64,000 nt of DNA from NCBI GenBank assembly GCA_963716255.1, contig OY970303.1, positions 6,208,001 to 6,272,000 on the forward strand, written 5' to 3'. Positions within the stretch are counted from its first letter, which is position 1, and each line of letters starts with the position of its first letter. A program made the translations under genes and the position numbers. Under the pieces are notes generated by a model. It saw nothing but the letters and a program-made list of their open reading frames with translations. It searched no databases and had not been told where the DNA came from. Source of the DNA: an uncultured Gemmatimonadales bacterium (GTDB lineage: Bacteria; Gemmatimonadota; Gemmatimonadetes; Longimicrobiales; Longimicrobiaceae). Shown here one piece after another: positions 18,419-29,404 of the stretch.

Positions 18419-20559
18419 GCGCGCCGCTGATCGTCGCCACGAACGCCCTGCTGGAGTCCGAGCTGCTGGACGGAAGCAGGACGGTACGCCGCCTCCTGTT
18501 CGTGGACACGGACACGGGGGAGGTCGCGCTGATCGACGTGGAGCACCCGAAGGCGATGCCGGAGTGGGAGTCGCTGGAGTCCCTGCAGGAGGGGTTCGAC
18601 TGCGGCGCCATCCGCATCCGGACCGACGACAAGTGGCTGGCGGACACCCGCCCGGAGTCGGCGCTGACCACGGCGAGCAAGCAGGTGCGAGACGAGCGAT
18701 TGCAGGTGCTCCGGCCGCTGGTGGACCTCGATGCCGACCCCGCGCAGCAGGTCCTCCGCGCCGACACTCGCGGGCAGCTCGTGCTCGCCGCAGCCGTGGA
18801 GCACGGGAAGTCGCTCGGCAAGGTCTACGGGTGGCTGCGCCAGTACTGGCAACGGGGTCAGACCGCCAACGCCCTGCTCCCTGCCTACCATCTGTGCGGA
18901 GGGCGCGACACACCGCGGAAGGCGGGTGAGCGGAAGCGGGGCCGGCCGTCCACGCTCGCGCGGGCCGAGCCCGGACGGGAAGGTTTGAACGTGACGACCG
19001 AGATCCACGGGCTGATCGTCAAGGGTGGGAGGCGGTTCTGGAAGAAGCGGCACCGCGGAAAGCGGCTCAGTCTCCGGGAGGCGTACCAGGCGACGCTGGA
19101 GACGCTCTTCTGCACAGGAGTGAAGTTTCACGACGGCCACGTGGTGCCCGTCCTCAAACCGGAGGGGGAGCTACCCACCTTCCGCCAGTTCTGCTACTGG
19201 CTGGGCAAGGCGCGGGAGAAGGAGAAAGACATCCGCGCCCGGTACGGGGAGCGGCGCCACGCGCTCAAGACGCGCGCGGTCCTGGGCTCCTCGGAGCACC
19301 TTTCCCGGGGCCCCAACGACCTCTACCTGATCGACGCGACGGTGGGGGACATTTTCCTGCTCTCCTCCATCGACCGCCGGCGGGTGATAGGAAGACCAGT
19401 CATCTACTTGGTGCTGGACCACTTCAGCCGGATGGTCGTGGGCTTCTACGTGGGGCTGGAGGGCCCGAGTTGGGTAGGAGCCGTGATGGCGCTCGAGAAC
19501 GCCTTCACCGACAAGGTGGCGTTCTGCGCCAGGTATGGGATCGAGATCAGCGAGGAGGACTGGCCCTGCCACTACGTTCCCCGCGCGATCACCGCCGACC
19601 GCGGCGAGATGCTCAGCATCCCCTCGGACCACCTGGTGACCGCGTTCGGGCTACGGATCACGAACACCCCACCCTTCCGCGCGGATTTCAAGAGTTTCGT
19701 CGAAGCGCAGTTCCGTATCACCAACGAGCTGGGGATCCGGCGGCAGCCGGGCTGGGTGGACAAGCTGGTCGGGCGCGGGGACCCGGATTACCGCCTCGAC
19801 GCCACGCTGGACCTGTACCACTTCAACCGGCTGATGATCGAGCTGATTCTGCACAACAACCGGTCTCGGCGGCTGGCAGATCAGATTCCCCCGGACTACC
19901 CGCTGTCGGAGGACAGGGATCCAGTCCCGCTGGACCTCTGGGAGTGGGGGGTCGAGAACCGCGTGGGGATCGGGCGGACAATGGACCGCGAGCGGATCCG
20001 GGTGAACCTCCTGCCGAGCGAGGAGGGGAGCGCCACCCCCCAAGGCATTAAAGTCAACGGCCTCCACTACGACAGCGCCACGGCCCGGGAGGAGGGCTGG
20101 TTCCTGCGCGTCCCGGGGACCGAGCGCGTCCGCGTGAGCGTGGCCTACGATCCCCGCGACGTCTCCAAGGTGTACCTGCGCCTTGAACAGGGGCGCAAGA
20201 TCGAGGAGTGCCCGCTCACGCAGAAGGACGCAATCCGCTTTGCGGGCAGGACCCTGGAGGAGGTCCAGGATGCGCGGGACCGGCGCCTGATGGCCCGCCA
20301 GCGTGACCGGCGCGCCCGCCACCAGGACACGGCGGAGTTCCACGCGCGGATCGACGCCATCACCCGGTCGGCCGAAGGCGAGCGGGCGGAAGCGCTGGGC
20401 GGGCCCAACAAGCATCCCATTGTCACGGACATCAACGAGGCGCGGCGGGCCCAGCGCCGGGCCAACCGGGGGGAGGAGGCGTTCACGAAGGATGGCGCGC
20501 CGCCACCCCCGCCACCCCGGCCTGCCGCCGGTGACGGCTACGTCCCGTTCCCGGATTGA
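18415..20559 (+). CDS. tnsB: TnsB DDE transposase
   Basis: IDAT, GRPVIYLVLD, ADRGE, KSFVE; C-terminal YDPRD; ATGA overlap with tnsA. Confidence 0.92.
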   Translation: MSAPLIVATNALLESELLDGSRTVRRLLFVDTDTGEVALIDVEHPKAMPEWESLESLQEGFDCGAIRIRTDDKWLADTRPESALTTASKQVRDERLQVLRPLVDLDADPAQQVLRADTRGQLVLAAAVEHGKSLGKVYGWLRQYWQRGQTANALLPAYHLCGGRDTPRKAGERKRGRPSTLARAEPGREGLNVTTEIHGLIVKGGRRFWKKRHRGKRLSLREAYQATLETLFCTGVKFHDGHVVPVLKPEGELPTFRQFCYWLGKAREKEKDIRARYGERRHALKTRAVLGSSEHLSRGPNDLYLIDATVGDIFLLSSIDRRRVIGRPVIYLVLDHFSRMVVGFYVGLEGPSWVGAVMALENAFTDKVAFCARYGIEISEEDWPCHYVPRAITADRGEMLSIPSDHLVTAFGLRITNTPPFRADFKSFVEAQFRITNELGIRRQPGWVDKLVGRGDPDYRLDATLDLYHFNRLMIELILHNNRSRRLADQIPPDYPLSEDRDPVPLDLWEWGVENRVGIGRTMDRERIRVNLLPSEEGSATPQGIKVNGLHYDSATAREEGWFLRVPGTERVRVSVAYDPRDVSKVYLRLEQGRKIEECPLTQKDAIRFAGRTLEEVQDARDRRLMARQRDRRARHQDTAEFHARIDAITRSAEGERAEALGGPNKHPIVTDINEARRAQRRANRGEEAFTKDGAPPPPPPRPAAGDGYVPFPD

Positions 20560-20585
20560 TCCCCCAACCGAACCAGGAGCAATCC

Positions 20586-20816
20586 ATGGCCACCGTCCCC
20601 CTCGGCGAGCTCAGCGCCATGATCGTCCGCTTCGCCGAACAGGTGAACACCCGGAGCACGGGCAATCCCTACCTGGACGCGCTTCCTGCAGACGCCGCCG
20701 GCAAGCTGACGTCCGGCACGAGCGCCTGGCCGCGCCGGCTGCCCCGGCGATTGATCTGCGACAACTCCGTTTCCACCCCGACGTGGCTCTCAACCTCGAT
20801 GCGGGAGGCGAAATGA
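20586..20816 (+). CDS. Small ORF (76 aa) between tnsB and tnsC with a TnsC-like GNPYLDALP motif
   Basis: AGGAG RBS; stop overlaps the tnsC ATG (ATGA). Confidence 0.5.
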   Translation: MATVPLGELSAMIVRFAEQVNTRSTGNPYLDALPADAAGKLTSGTSAWPRRLPRRLICDNSVSTPTWLSTSMREAK

Positions 20817-22369
20817 TCATCAATCCCCTGGGCGGCGGCCCGGCCGTACCCGCCGAGTACCACGAGCAGACGATCCCCGTGTTCCAGGGCAACCCGTTGC
20901 TCGAGGGACTCCCCCCCATGGTGTCCCGGGAGGAGGCCAAGCGGCTCATGGCCCGCTACCCGGCCTACGACCCCTCCGACCGGCAGCGGCCCACAGAGGA
21001 GCGCGAGATGCTCGCCGCCGGCCTCAGCGTCCTGTTCCGGCACCCGATCGGCCTGCATGCCGAGCTGGAGTCACGCCTCTCGCGCCTGATCCGCTGGGGC
21101 TACGTAGGTCGCAACCCGACGCTCCCGACCTTCCAGGCCGACCTGGACGCGCGGGAACAGGCCCTGGAGGTACAGGGGAAGGGCGAGAACCTGGTGGTGA
21201 CGGCCCGTCCTGTTCCCGGCCCGCAGCCCGCGGCGACCGGCCTGACCTTCCTGGGCACCACAGGAATCGGAAAGACCGTGGGCGTCGAGATGGCCCTCAG
21301 CCGCTACCCGCAGGTCATCGTCCATAACGAGTTCAAGGGGCGCAAGCTCCTGATGTCCCAGGTCGTCTATCTGAGGCAGCAGTGCCCCAAGGACGGCAGC
21401 ATCCGCACGCTGGTCGAGAACTTCTTCCAGGCGATGGACGCGCTGCACGCGCCGCTGCCCATGGAGACGAACTACAGGAAAGACTACCTCACCAGGAACC
21501 CGACGATCTTTCGGCTGATCCCCAGCATGGCGCGACTGGCGGCACAGCACGGGCTGGGGCTGCTGGTGCTGGACGAAGTGCAGGACCTCAACCCGCGAGG
21601 GAGCGGTGCGATTCTCTCCTTCCTGGTGCAGCTCGTCAACACCATCGGCGTCCCCGTGGTCCTGGTTGGTGGGATTGATGCTCTTCCGGTGTTGATGTCA
21701 CAGTTCCGCCAAGCGCGGCGCGGAGCGACGGAGGGGGACCTGATCGTCAGGCGCGCGGAGCAGGGGCGGGGCTTCCGAGCATTCTGCGAAATTCTGTGGC
21801 GCTACCAGTACACCCGCCACTATACTGAACTGACCGAAGAGCTGGTGCAGGCACTGTACGAGGGCTCCCAGGGGATCACGCAGTACCTCGTCTCGCTCCA
21901 CAAGCTGTCGCAGATCCGCGCGATCGCCACCGGGATCGAGTACGTGACTCCTGAGATCATCCGTTCGGTGGCCCGCGACAGCTTCGCCCAGGCGGGGCCG
22001 GTGCTGCGCGCCATCGCGCGCGGGGACAAGGACGTGCTACGGAGGATGGGCGACGTGGACGTACCTGACGGAGTCGAGGCCATCCCCTTCATCCGGGGGG
22101 ACGCCAAGCCGGCCGCGGAGGCGGACACGGGGGAGGAGGCGCCCCAGGCTGCCGCTCCGGAGGAGACCCGTCCCCGGGTGGAGCGCGCTTCGCCGGTCCC
22201 GCCGGCGGCGGAGCCGGCGCGGCCTGCTCCAGCCGGTCCGGATGCGCTGGGGCCGACGCTGGTGGAGATCGTTCGCGAGGGAGCAGAGCGGGGGGAGGAC
22301 GCGCACGCCGCCTTGAAGCGGGCGGGGGTGATCGGCGGGCCGGTGTGGGACCGCATCGTCCAGGCGTGA
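20813..22369 (+). CDS. tnsC: TnsC AAA+ ATPase
   Basis: GNPLLEGLP, Walker A GTTGIGKT, CPKDGS, Walker B LLVLDEVQD, QARR, WRYQY. Confidence 0.92.
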   Translation: MIINPLGGGPAVPAEYHEQTIPVFQGNPLLEGLPPMVSREEAKRLMARYPAYDPSDRQRPTEEREMLAAGLSVLFRHPIGLHAELESRLSRLIRWGYVGRNPTLPTFQADLDAREQALEVQGKGENLVVTARPVPGPQPAATGLTFLGTTGIGKTVGVEMALSRYPQVIVHNEFKGRKLLMSQVVYLRQQCPKDGSIRTLVENFFQAMDALHAPLPMETNYRKDYLTRNPTIFRLIPSMARLAAQHGLGLLVLDEVQDLNPRGSGAILSFLVQLVNTIGVPVVLVGGIDALPVLMSQFRQARRGATEGDLIVRRAEQGRGFRAFCEILWRYQYTRHYTELTEELVQALYEGSQGITQYLVSLHKLSQIRAIATGIEYVTPEIIRSVARDSFAQAGPVLRAIARGDKDVLRRMGDVDVPDGVEAIPFIRGDAKPAAEADTGEEAPQAAAPEETRPRVERASPVPPAAEPARPAPAGPDALGPTLVEIVREGAERGEDAHAALKRAGVIGGPVWDRIVQA

Positions 22370-22395
22370 CGTAGCCCTGGCGGGGCAGCAGCGAG

Positions 22396-22433
22396 GGCCG
22401 CGTGTCGAGTGACACGCGGCCTTCGTGCTTTTT
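22396..22433 (+). terminator. Rho-independent terminator after tnsC
   Basis: GGCCGCGTGTC-GAGT-GACACGCGGCC followed by a T-rich tail. Confidence 0.7.
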
Positions 22434-22568
22434 CCGGCGGGACGCCGATCGGGAGCAAGCTGGTTTCTCGTTGGGATTCCGGGGTGTACTTGACGAAACC
22501 TTTTTCGGGGTCGTAAGAAAGCAGGGGGTAAGACCAGGGCGCACGGAACTATCTTCGGAGGTCTGGTG

Positions 22569-25500
22569 ATGCAGGCCAGCAATGCGTCGGAAGATCCGCT
22601 GGGTGGGGCACGGACGTCTCGGGACGACGTCAATGAGAACGGCGAAGGGGGCGGGAGCGCCTCGTACAGAGGGTACGATTATCAGAAAGAGGTGACGGCA
22701 TGGGTGGCGCTGACCCTCTTCCTAGAGCGCCGGTCTGACGCTCTCGATCAGATCATCGTCGAGCCCGCGTCGGAGGAGGACATCGAAGCCGATCTGAACG
22801 TGTCCCCGGATGAAGCCACCGCGACTGTCGTGGTGCCCGCTGGGACGAAGTTGACGGTCCAGGTCAAGTTTCGTGGCGCCGGGCACTGGAGCGCCAGGGA
22901 ATTCGCCGAGCTGGTGCTGGATAAGCCGCGAAAGGGCGCGACCGGTCCCACTCCGCGCCCGAGAGCGAAGACGCTCCTCCTGACCGATCCTGCCCGTCGG
23001 TACGTCTTAATCACCAACGTGACGGTCGATCGGGCACTGAGCCCAGGCCGAGTCGAGCGGGTGGACCAAGCCCCCTCCCCATCCTTCGTGCCGCCCCACG
23101 TGACGCGGGTGAGCAGCGAGAAGGAGGCGCTACAGGGGCGCTTCGCAATCGTCGAGGGTCTCACCCGCAGAGACCTGCGCAACGAGCTGCACCGCCAGCT
23201 CCGGAGTATCGGACACGTCCCCTCTCCCGGGATTGAGCAGGCACTGCAGAACATCCTCCGAATAATTGAGGACCGGCTGCTCGGACTGCCTTCCCCGCTC
23301 ACGCGGACCGAGATTGAGGCGATCATCCAGAACGCGGGTGGCCTGCCGTACCCCGACCGTGACCTGGCGGAATACCGAGAGCCGGCGAATGCAGCAGTTG
23401 CGCGGGAGACGCTGCAACGGGAAAACGCGGTGCTCCTGATCGGTCCTCCCGGCTACGGAAAATCGCTCACGGCCAGGAGAATCGTGTACGAGCACCAGGT
23501 GGACGATCCACCCTTCACGGTGGTACGCGAGACCGAAGGAATCGCCGGTATAGATACTCTACTTGGGCGCCCAGGGAGACACGTCTTCTTCCTGGAGGAT
23601 CCCTGGGGGCAGGCGAGGCTGGACGACGACGCCAGCCGCTGGACCATCGAGTTGCCCAAGCTCCTGCTCCGTGCTACCGCCGACAAGCGCTTCGTGATCA
23701 CGTCGCGCACGGACATCCTCCGCCGTGCATTGGGGGAAGGCGCGCTCAAGCCGTGGCGGAAGATCGCCTGCCCGATTAGTGACGACAGCTACGACGTAAG
23801 CACTCGGTGGGAGATCGTGAAGGTCAAGCTCCGGGGCGGCGGGAGCTGGATGGAGGACTTCGCTCGCGAGCACCGTGATCGAATTCTCACAGAGCTTCGG
23901 AGTCCTTACGCCCTGGCCCGGTTCGCCAGGGGACTGCTCGACTGCCCGTCTCTGGACGATGCCAAGATCGGCTCGCTTATCGCTGAGGCGCAGGTCGAAA
24001 CGATCCGGAGCGTGGTGGCCGAGCAGGTGAGAGGGTGGGCCAGCGATGGCGTCCCGTGCGCGGCGATCACCTGGGCGCTCCTGCGCCGCGGTCGCAGGAT
24101 CGTGCCCGCGCGGCTCAAAGCGCTCCAGCGGGCACTTGAGGAGGCCCCGCGTCCACTCGAAATCGATTTGGAGGGGTTCGTCGAGCACTTCCGCCCGATG
24201 AACCTTCATCAGGCGGACGACGGCTCGCTCACTGCCCACGGCAAGGTGGTTGAAGGACTCGAGGACGTGGTGGTCCTCTATCGGAGGGAGGCGGAGCGCA
24301 CCGTCGGGAAGGCGATCCATGCCATCGAACTCCTCCGTGACAGGGACGAGTCCTACGCGGGAGAAATCCTCGCGTTTGCAGAAGCGGCAGACAGCATCCC
24401 CCGTTCGACCGGGTTCGAGCTTGCACCGGACGTGCGAGCCATCGTGGATGATCTGGTGGTTGGCCGACTCGTGACGGCCGGGCCGGACGATTTCGCTAGG
24501 GCACTCAACGACGTGGTGTTCCGGGCGAGCCAGGAGCGTCCACTCTCCCGCCTGGCTCGCTATCTCGACCTTGGGCAGCCCGAGCGCGAGGACAAGGAAG
24601 CTGTGGGATTCGGTTATGGCTGGCGCCCGCCGCAGCTCAACGGGGCGGAGATCTCGGCGATCCGGTCGGAACCGGATGCTGAGCGCATCGTTGCAATGTG
24701 GATCTCTCATGTGCTCCCCCTAGAGTCCACGGACTACGACGCCCGCAAGCTGCTAGCGTGGCTCGATCCCATTGGGTTCGACCTGAGAGCCGCATTCCTG
24801 GAGGGGTGCCAGATCGTTTCCGAGACTCCGCGCTTCCTCACGAATGCAGACACGGTTGTCGAGGGCGCGCTTCATCGGCCCATGCCGCCATACGAGGCGG
24901 TTTTTGCGCTTCTGGAGAGGTGGGAAGAGAGCCTGGACGCAGTATGGGATGGCCGGCTGAAAGGGCGAAAGGCCTGGCAGGGCGAGGCGGATTTCACCGA
25001 GCAACTGCACCTCCAGGACGAGATGGAAGAGCTCGGCACGGCAGTAGGGCACGGGGTGCGGGGGTACGTACGCTCTCGCCGCGCCGCGGAAGGATATGCC
25101 TGGATTGCCGATCATCGTCGCCGCGACCTGCTGATGCCCGCCTGGGCGGAGGAGCTGCGTTTCGCCCCGGATACCACCGTGGAGGAACTGGACGCCTATT
25201 TTGAAATCACATCGAGCGCGCAGGAGCGCGAGCAGGGACTCCTGATCATTGGTGAGAAGAAGCTCGCGGCTGCTGCACCGCGCCTGCACGAGGCACTACG
25301 GACGGGCAGCGCCCGGGAGAGGGAAATGGCGGTCCACTCCCTGCGATGGTTGTACGACGGAAGCACCGTCGAGGCCGCCCTCATGGCCGCCATGGCGGAA
25401 GTGGATCTCGTCGGCCAGATCGAGCTTTTCTCTGCAGCCCGGAAGGCCGGGGCCCACTCGCAAGAACGACGCGAGCTCATGCGGCGCCTACAGGACGTGG

Positions 25501-26834
25501 CGCAGCCGGAATCCAGGGGGCTGCTGGAGCTGCTTACCCTTGCCGAGGCCAAGTCGTCCGAGGACGAGATTCGCGCACACGCCGAAAGGGTGCCCCCGGG
25601 CACGTTCTCGGAAGTGCTGCGGCAGGTGCCGCTGGCGACCGGGCGCCTCCTGCTAGTGCTCGCCGCATTGCGAGGCGTCGACGTGACCGAGATTTCAGAC
25701 CGGTGGCTCGCCTCGACAGACGTGGACGACGTCCGCGCGGCCGTGTCCGCGTTGGCATACATCGAGACGCCGGCATCCCGCGCCCGGGTGGCCTCGGCGG
25801 CGACCAACGCGGACTACAAAGTCCGACGCTTGGTCATGGAGGTGCTGGCCCGGAGTACAGACCACCAGCAACTAATGCGGGTGCTCGAATTCGAGCACGA
25901 CGCGAGCGCACCGGTGCGCCAGAGACTCGCCACGCTAATTGGGGAGCATCGTTGGCCGGAAGGGATTCCTGTGCTGCTCCGCCTCCTGGACGACACACGT
26001 GACAGTGCGTCTCACCACGCCTACGACGCCCGTTGGGAACCGAAGCTCGGTGTCGCACGTGCCGCTGCTGAGGCGCTGAAGGGGTTCGACGGCCTTCCGG
26101 ACGACGCTTTGGAGCGAATCATCGGGTTCGTGGAGGAGAAAAAAGCAGCGTCCCGCGACGTGGAGGTGCACGCATCCCTCCTCCACGTACTCGCGCCCGT
26201 TGATGACTCGCGAGTCGTTCCAATCCTTGGTCAGCTGATGAATGATGATCGCGTGATCGGGCACCACGACGAGCCACTTTACCCGGTCCGCTACGCTGCC
26301 GGATGGGCCCTGTTCCACCATCTCGACCTCTACCCGGGGGATCGCGATGCCGTCGATTGGGGTCAGGTGGAACGTGCCGCCGGGCATTCCGATCCGCAAC
26401 TCGCCGCACCAGGATTGTTCTTGCTCGGACGGGAGTTGAACGCGCCTACCCCGGGAACGCTCGACGTGTTGCGATCTCACGCGAGTGAGCCGCGCCGGGC
26501 GCTTGCACTGATGATGGTCGACGATTACGCGACGGCACGCTCGATCGCGGCGAAGTACGAGATCCTGCCGCCCGACCACCCGCTCTTCAGGGATGCACCG
26601 CTGGTCGAGACCTCGCTTCCTGATGACACACACCAGACCTGGCCCGCGACGACGACCATGGAAGCATGGCTGCGGGCTCTGGACATGGATCGGGATGTGG
26701 AGGGAGTGCTGCTGAAGGTGGCTGAGGCCCGAACCGGGTTGGACCTCGGTGTTACTGACTACAACGCGACGGTGCTGCGCCGTAAGGAACGGATTCCGGT
26801 CGTCACGCTCTCGGAGATGTTCGGGATGGAGTGA
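22569..26834 (+). CDS. Nuclease-STAND NTPase (nSTAND3-like) with helical/HEAT repeats; putative Avs-like antiphage protein
   Basis: N-terminal GYDYQ...EDI...QVK (PD-(D/E)XK-like); GPPGYGKS; FLEDPWG; ITSR; helical repeat C-terminus. Confidence 0.65.
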   Translation: MQASNASEDPLGGARTSRDDVNENGEGGGSASYRGYDYQKEVTAWVALTLFLERRSDALDQIIVEPASEEDIEADLNVSPDEATATVVVPAGTKLTVQVKFRGAGHWSAREFAELVLDKPRKGATGPTPRPRAKTLLLTDPARRYVLITNVTVDRALSPGRVERVDQAPSPSFVPPHVTRVSSEKEALQGRFAIVEGLTRRDLRNELHRQLRSIGHVPSPGIEQALQNILRIIEDRLLGLPSPLTRTEIEAIIQNAGGLPYPDRDLAEYREPANAAVARETLQRENAVLLIGPPGYGKSLTARRIVYEHQVDDPPFTVVRETEGIAGIDTLLGRPGRHVFFLEDPWGQARLDDDASRWTIELPKLLLRATADKRFVITSRTDILRRALGEGALKPWRKIACPISDDSYDVSTRWEIVKVKLRGGGSWMEDFAREHRDRILTELRSPYALARFARGLLDCPSLDDAKIGSLIAEAQVETIRSVVAEQVRGWASDGVPCAAITWALLRRGRRIVPARLKALQRALEEAPRPLEIDLEGFVEHFRPMNLHQADDGSLTAHGKVVEGLEDVVVLYRREAERTVGKAIHAIELLRDRDESYAGEILAFAEAADSIPRSTGFELAPDVRAIVDDLVVGRLVTAGPDDFARALNDVVFRASQERPLSRLARYLDLGQPEREDKEAVGFGYGWRPPQLNGAEISAIRSEPDAERIVAMWISHVLPLESTDYDARKLLAWLDPIGFDLRAAFLEGCQIVSETPRFLTNADTVVEGALHRPMPPYEAVFALLERWEESLDAVWDGRLKGRKAWQGEADFTEQLHLQDEMEELGTAVGHGVRGYVRSRRAAEGYAWIADHRRRDLLMPAWAEELRFAPDTTVEELDAYFEITSSAQEREQGLLIIGEKKLAAAAPRLHEALRTGSAREREMAVHSLRWLYDGSTVEAALMAAMAEVDLVGQIELFSAARKAGAHSQERRELMRRLQDVAQPESRGLLELLTLAEAKSSEDEIRAHAERVPPGTFSEVLRQVPLATGRLLLVLAALRGVDVTEISDRWLASTDVDDVRAAVSALAYIETPASRARVASAATNADYKVRRLVMEVLARSTDHQQLMRVLEFEHDASAPVRQRLATLIGEHRWPEGIPVLLRLLDDTRDSASHHAYDARWEPKLGVARAAAEALKGFDGLPDDALERIIGFVEEKKAASRDVEVHASLLHVLAPVDDSRVVPILGQLMNDDRVIGHHDEPLYPVRYAAGWALFHHLDLYPGDRDAVDWGQVERAAGHSDPQLAAPGLFLLGRELNAPTPGTLDVLRSHASEPRRALALMMVDDYATARSIAAKYEILPPDHPLFRDAPLVETSLPDDTHQTWPATTTMEAWLRALDMDRDVEGVLLKVAEARTGLDLGVTDYNATVLRRKERIPVVTLSEMFGME

Positions 26835-26970
26835 CAAACCTCGATGGTGCCCGGCAGGTATTTCGTCCAGCCTGTTTGGGACCACGCTTTGAGGCAGAGT
26901 GACACGCTACAGGCGGCCAAAAACGGATCGCTCCACCTGCCCAACCAGTAGAACCGGTGAGCTGGGCGGC

Positions 26971-28143
26971 TCACAGGCAGCCGAACAGGTCCTCCTGCAG
27001 TTCCAGGGGGTGAGGAGGGGGAGGCGCCGCCGGCCGCACCTCCCAGAGCAGCGCTTCGTGGCTGGGGCGCGGGGACCACACCCCGGCGGGCGAGCGAACG
27101 TAGCGCGGCGGGTAGAGCTCCGGCAGGTAGTGCTCGGTCCGTGAGTTCCGGAAGAGGTCCGCTGGCGCCACCCAGTTCATCGGGCTGTCGTAGATCGCGC
27201 CGTGGTGCAGCTTCCAGTACCGGAGTGTCTGCTGGAAGCGCCGGTGCAGTTCGCGGGCGGCCCGCTCCAAGTTCCCTGCGCAGCGGACACGCTCCAGCGC
27301 GCTCTCCTTCCGATCGTCCACGAGCAGGACCTCGCTTGCATCCCCGTCCCGTGCCTCCAGGAGCATCCAGAACAGGCGACGTGTCCGGGTGCCTGTCACC
27401 GGGTACACGTCCACGATCCGGACTCTCCATTCCTCCAGGCTGGACAGGAGCGGCGGCTCCGGAACCGGCGAGGGGCGCACCCATGCCCGGATAGGAGGCG
27501 CGGCCGCGGCGGGTGGCTCTTCCTCGTGCTGCGGGCAGACCCAGGTCGTGCGGGGGGAATACTCGAGGAACGGGAGCGGGAGGGCAGGGGACCAAGGAGT
27601 ACCCTCCCAGCTCTCCAGCCCGGCACCGACCTCCACCCAGGGGATTCCGAGCGAGGCCAGGGCTTCCGCTTTGCCCTCAGACACGGCGTGCGTGAAGCGA
27701 ACCTCCACCGCGGCGATCGGCACTCCGTCGCGCAGGAGCACGATGTCCGGCCGGACTGGGTGGACCAGACGCTCGACAGCAACCTCGTTCCACCCGGCGG
27801 CGATCTCGCGCGGGTCCCCCTTCCCGCACCCCTCGTCGCAAGGCTCCAGGACGTACAGCCGGGCGGCACCGTCGAGGCGCGCTGCGAGAAAACGCTTCGT
27901 GTTGTAGTGGGCCGCGCCCTCGCCGGTGGTCAGGGCGCACCGGGAGGGACCCCGATGCGCGAAGTGGTGCCTGCGGACCGCTCCCAGTCGGAAGACGAGA
28001 GGGTGCTCGCACGCTTCGCAGTGTGCCGGTGGGCGCTTGCCCCAAGGGATCCGGTCGAACTCAGAGATGTGCCGGACGCGGCCGTCGATCACGGCCCATG
28101 CGATCTGGACGTCTTCGGTGGATTGTGGTGGACGGCAGGTCAT
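26971..28143 (-). CDS. CoiA-like zinc-finger/PD-(D/E)XK nuclease
   Basis: CEAC...HHFAH...H, RPDIVL, AVEVRFTH. Confidence 0.6.
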   Translation of the reverse strand: MTCRPPQSTEDVQIAWAVIDGRVRHISEFDRIPWGKRPPAHCEACEHPLVFRLGAVRRHHFAHRGPSRCALTTGEGAAHYNTKRFLAARLDGAARLYVLEPCDEGCGKGDPREIAAGWNEVAVERLVHPVRPDIVLLRDGVPIAAVEVRFTHAVSEGKAEALASLGIPWVEVGAGLESWEGTPWSPALPLPFLEYSPRTTWVCPQHEEEPPAAAAPPIRAWVRPSPVPEPPLLSSLEEWRVRIVDVYPVTGTRTRRLFWMLLEARDGDASEVLLVDDRKESALERVRCAGNLERAARELHRRFQQTLRYWKLHHGAIYDSPMNWVAPADLFRNSRTEHYLPELYPPRYVRSPAGVWSPRPSHEALLWEVRPAAPPPPHPLELQEDLFGCL

Positions 28144-28395
28144 GCGTCAGGAGGTGGGCTGTGCCCACCAGTCATCGGTGAATTGCCTCAGCGAGTTCTG
28201 CCTTAAACAGGAGCTCAGAGCGGAAGGCCGATCCCCAGAATGTGATAACCCTCAGTGGGATCCAGGGTTCTTGTACCTGTAGCAGGGCGGATCTATACTC
28301 GGATAATAGCGCGGAGTGAGTCTTCCAGGGCTGAACCTCTCCCGCACCACGCAAGTTTGACGGCCTCGTCTATCATCGCAGTCCCAAGATCAGAA

Positions 28396-29268
28396 ATGGA
28401 ACCCCGCAGCTTCAAGAGAATCGCCTCGCTACCGCTCGCCGAGCGGATCCCGTTCATCTCCGACGGCCTGATACTGCTCGCCGAGAATGTCGGCGGGCTG
28501 CTTCGAGAGGCAAAGTCCTGCTGGCCGGAAGCGCCGCGTGCTTCGGCGATCGCGGGGAGCGTCGCGGCAGAGGAGGCTGCGAAAGCGATCATGCTGGTCG
28601 ACTATCTGCGCCCCCAAGAAGGCGTGGACAACGCTCGCCTTTCGGACCACCTTGGGAGCGTCGTGGACCACGTTGCGCGGGGCGCGTACGTCGAGTCGTA
28701 CGAAGGCCGTCCTCTCGACTTCGCAGAGATGAGGCGCTACGTGGATCTTACCCGTATGCCCTACTACCTCGACGGCCCCACCGGGTACGACTGGATCTTC
28801 CGAAACTCAATCGAGGCCAGGCGGGAAGAGCTATTCTACGTCGACGCGGTCCATTCCGGCGCCGGCCTGGAATGGCTTGGACCGGGTGCCACGGTCGAGC
28901 TGATCAAGAGCGTGCCCAGCTTCGCAAGACACGATCCCGACGTCCGTCGGATCTGCACGCTCCTCCTTGACCTCCACTCGGCGGGACTGCTCCAGCCGGA
29001 ACCGCTCAAGATCCTGCGCGCGCTCTGGGCGGGCGTCGAACTCGACGACTCCACCGGATGGCGAGTGTACGACGCCCTGAACCGAGAATTTGTGGAGCGG
29101 TCCCACGCGAAGGGTCTGGTGACGGACGAGCGCTACCTCGACCGAATTGTGGACTGGCTCCTCTTCCCCCTGTGCAGTGTCCACCTCCGCGCATTCACCA
29201 CCGACGCGCGCAAGCGGCACCGGGCTGAGCTGGAGCAGCAGCAGATGGATGCCGCGAGTTCGGATTGA
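28396..29268 (+). CDS. AbiV-like abortive infection protein
   Basis: EN..LL.EA...A.EEAAKA.ML...H..R and RREELFYVD pattern. Confidence 0.5.
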   Translation: MEPRSFKRIASLPLAERIPFISDGLILLAENVGGLLREAKSCWPEAPRASAIAGSVAAEEAAKAIMLVDYLRPQEGVDNARLSDHLGSVVDHVARGAYVESYEGRPLDFAEMRRYVDLTRMPYYLDGPTGYDWIFRNSIEARREELFYVDAVHSGAGLEWLGPGATVELIKSVPSFARHDPDVRRICTLLLDLHSAGLLQPEPLKILRALWAGVELDDSTGWRVYDALNREFVERSHAKGLVTDERYLDRIVDWLLFPLCSVHLRAFTTDARKRHRAELEQQQMDAASSD

Positions 29269-29404
29269 CTGTCCGGCGGGATCAACGGCAGGCCGCGTCG
29301 GCCGGGGCCAAGCCCGGACGCAGCGCCAGCGCGGCAGACCCGGAGAGCATTAGAGTTTCGCGGCCCGGCTATTTGTCTCACTCACCACAGGGTTCCGAGG
29401 TCCT

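Noticed and set aside
20303..20812. N-terminal extension of TnsC in the ORF track
   Set aside because: Overlaps tnsB; a GGAGG RBS and ATG at 20813 precede the TnsC motifs
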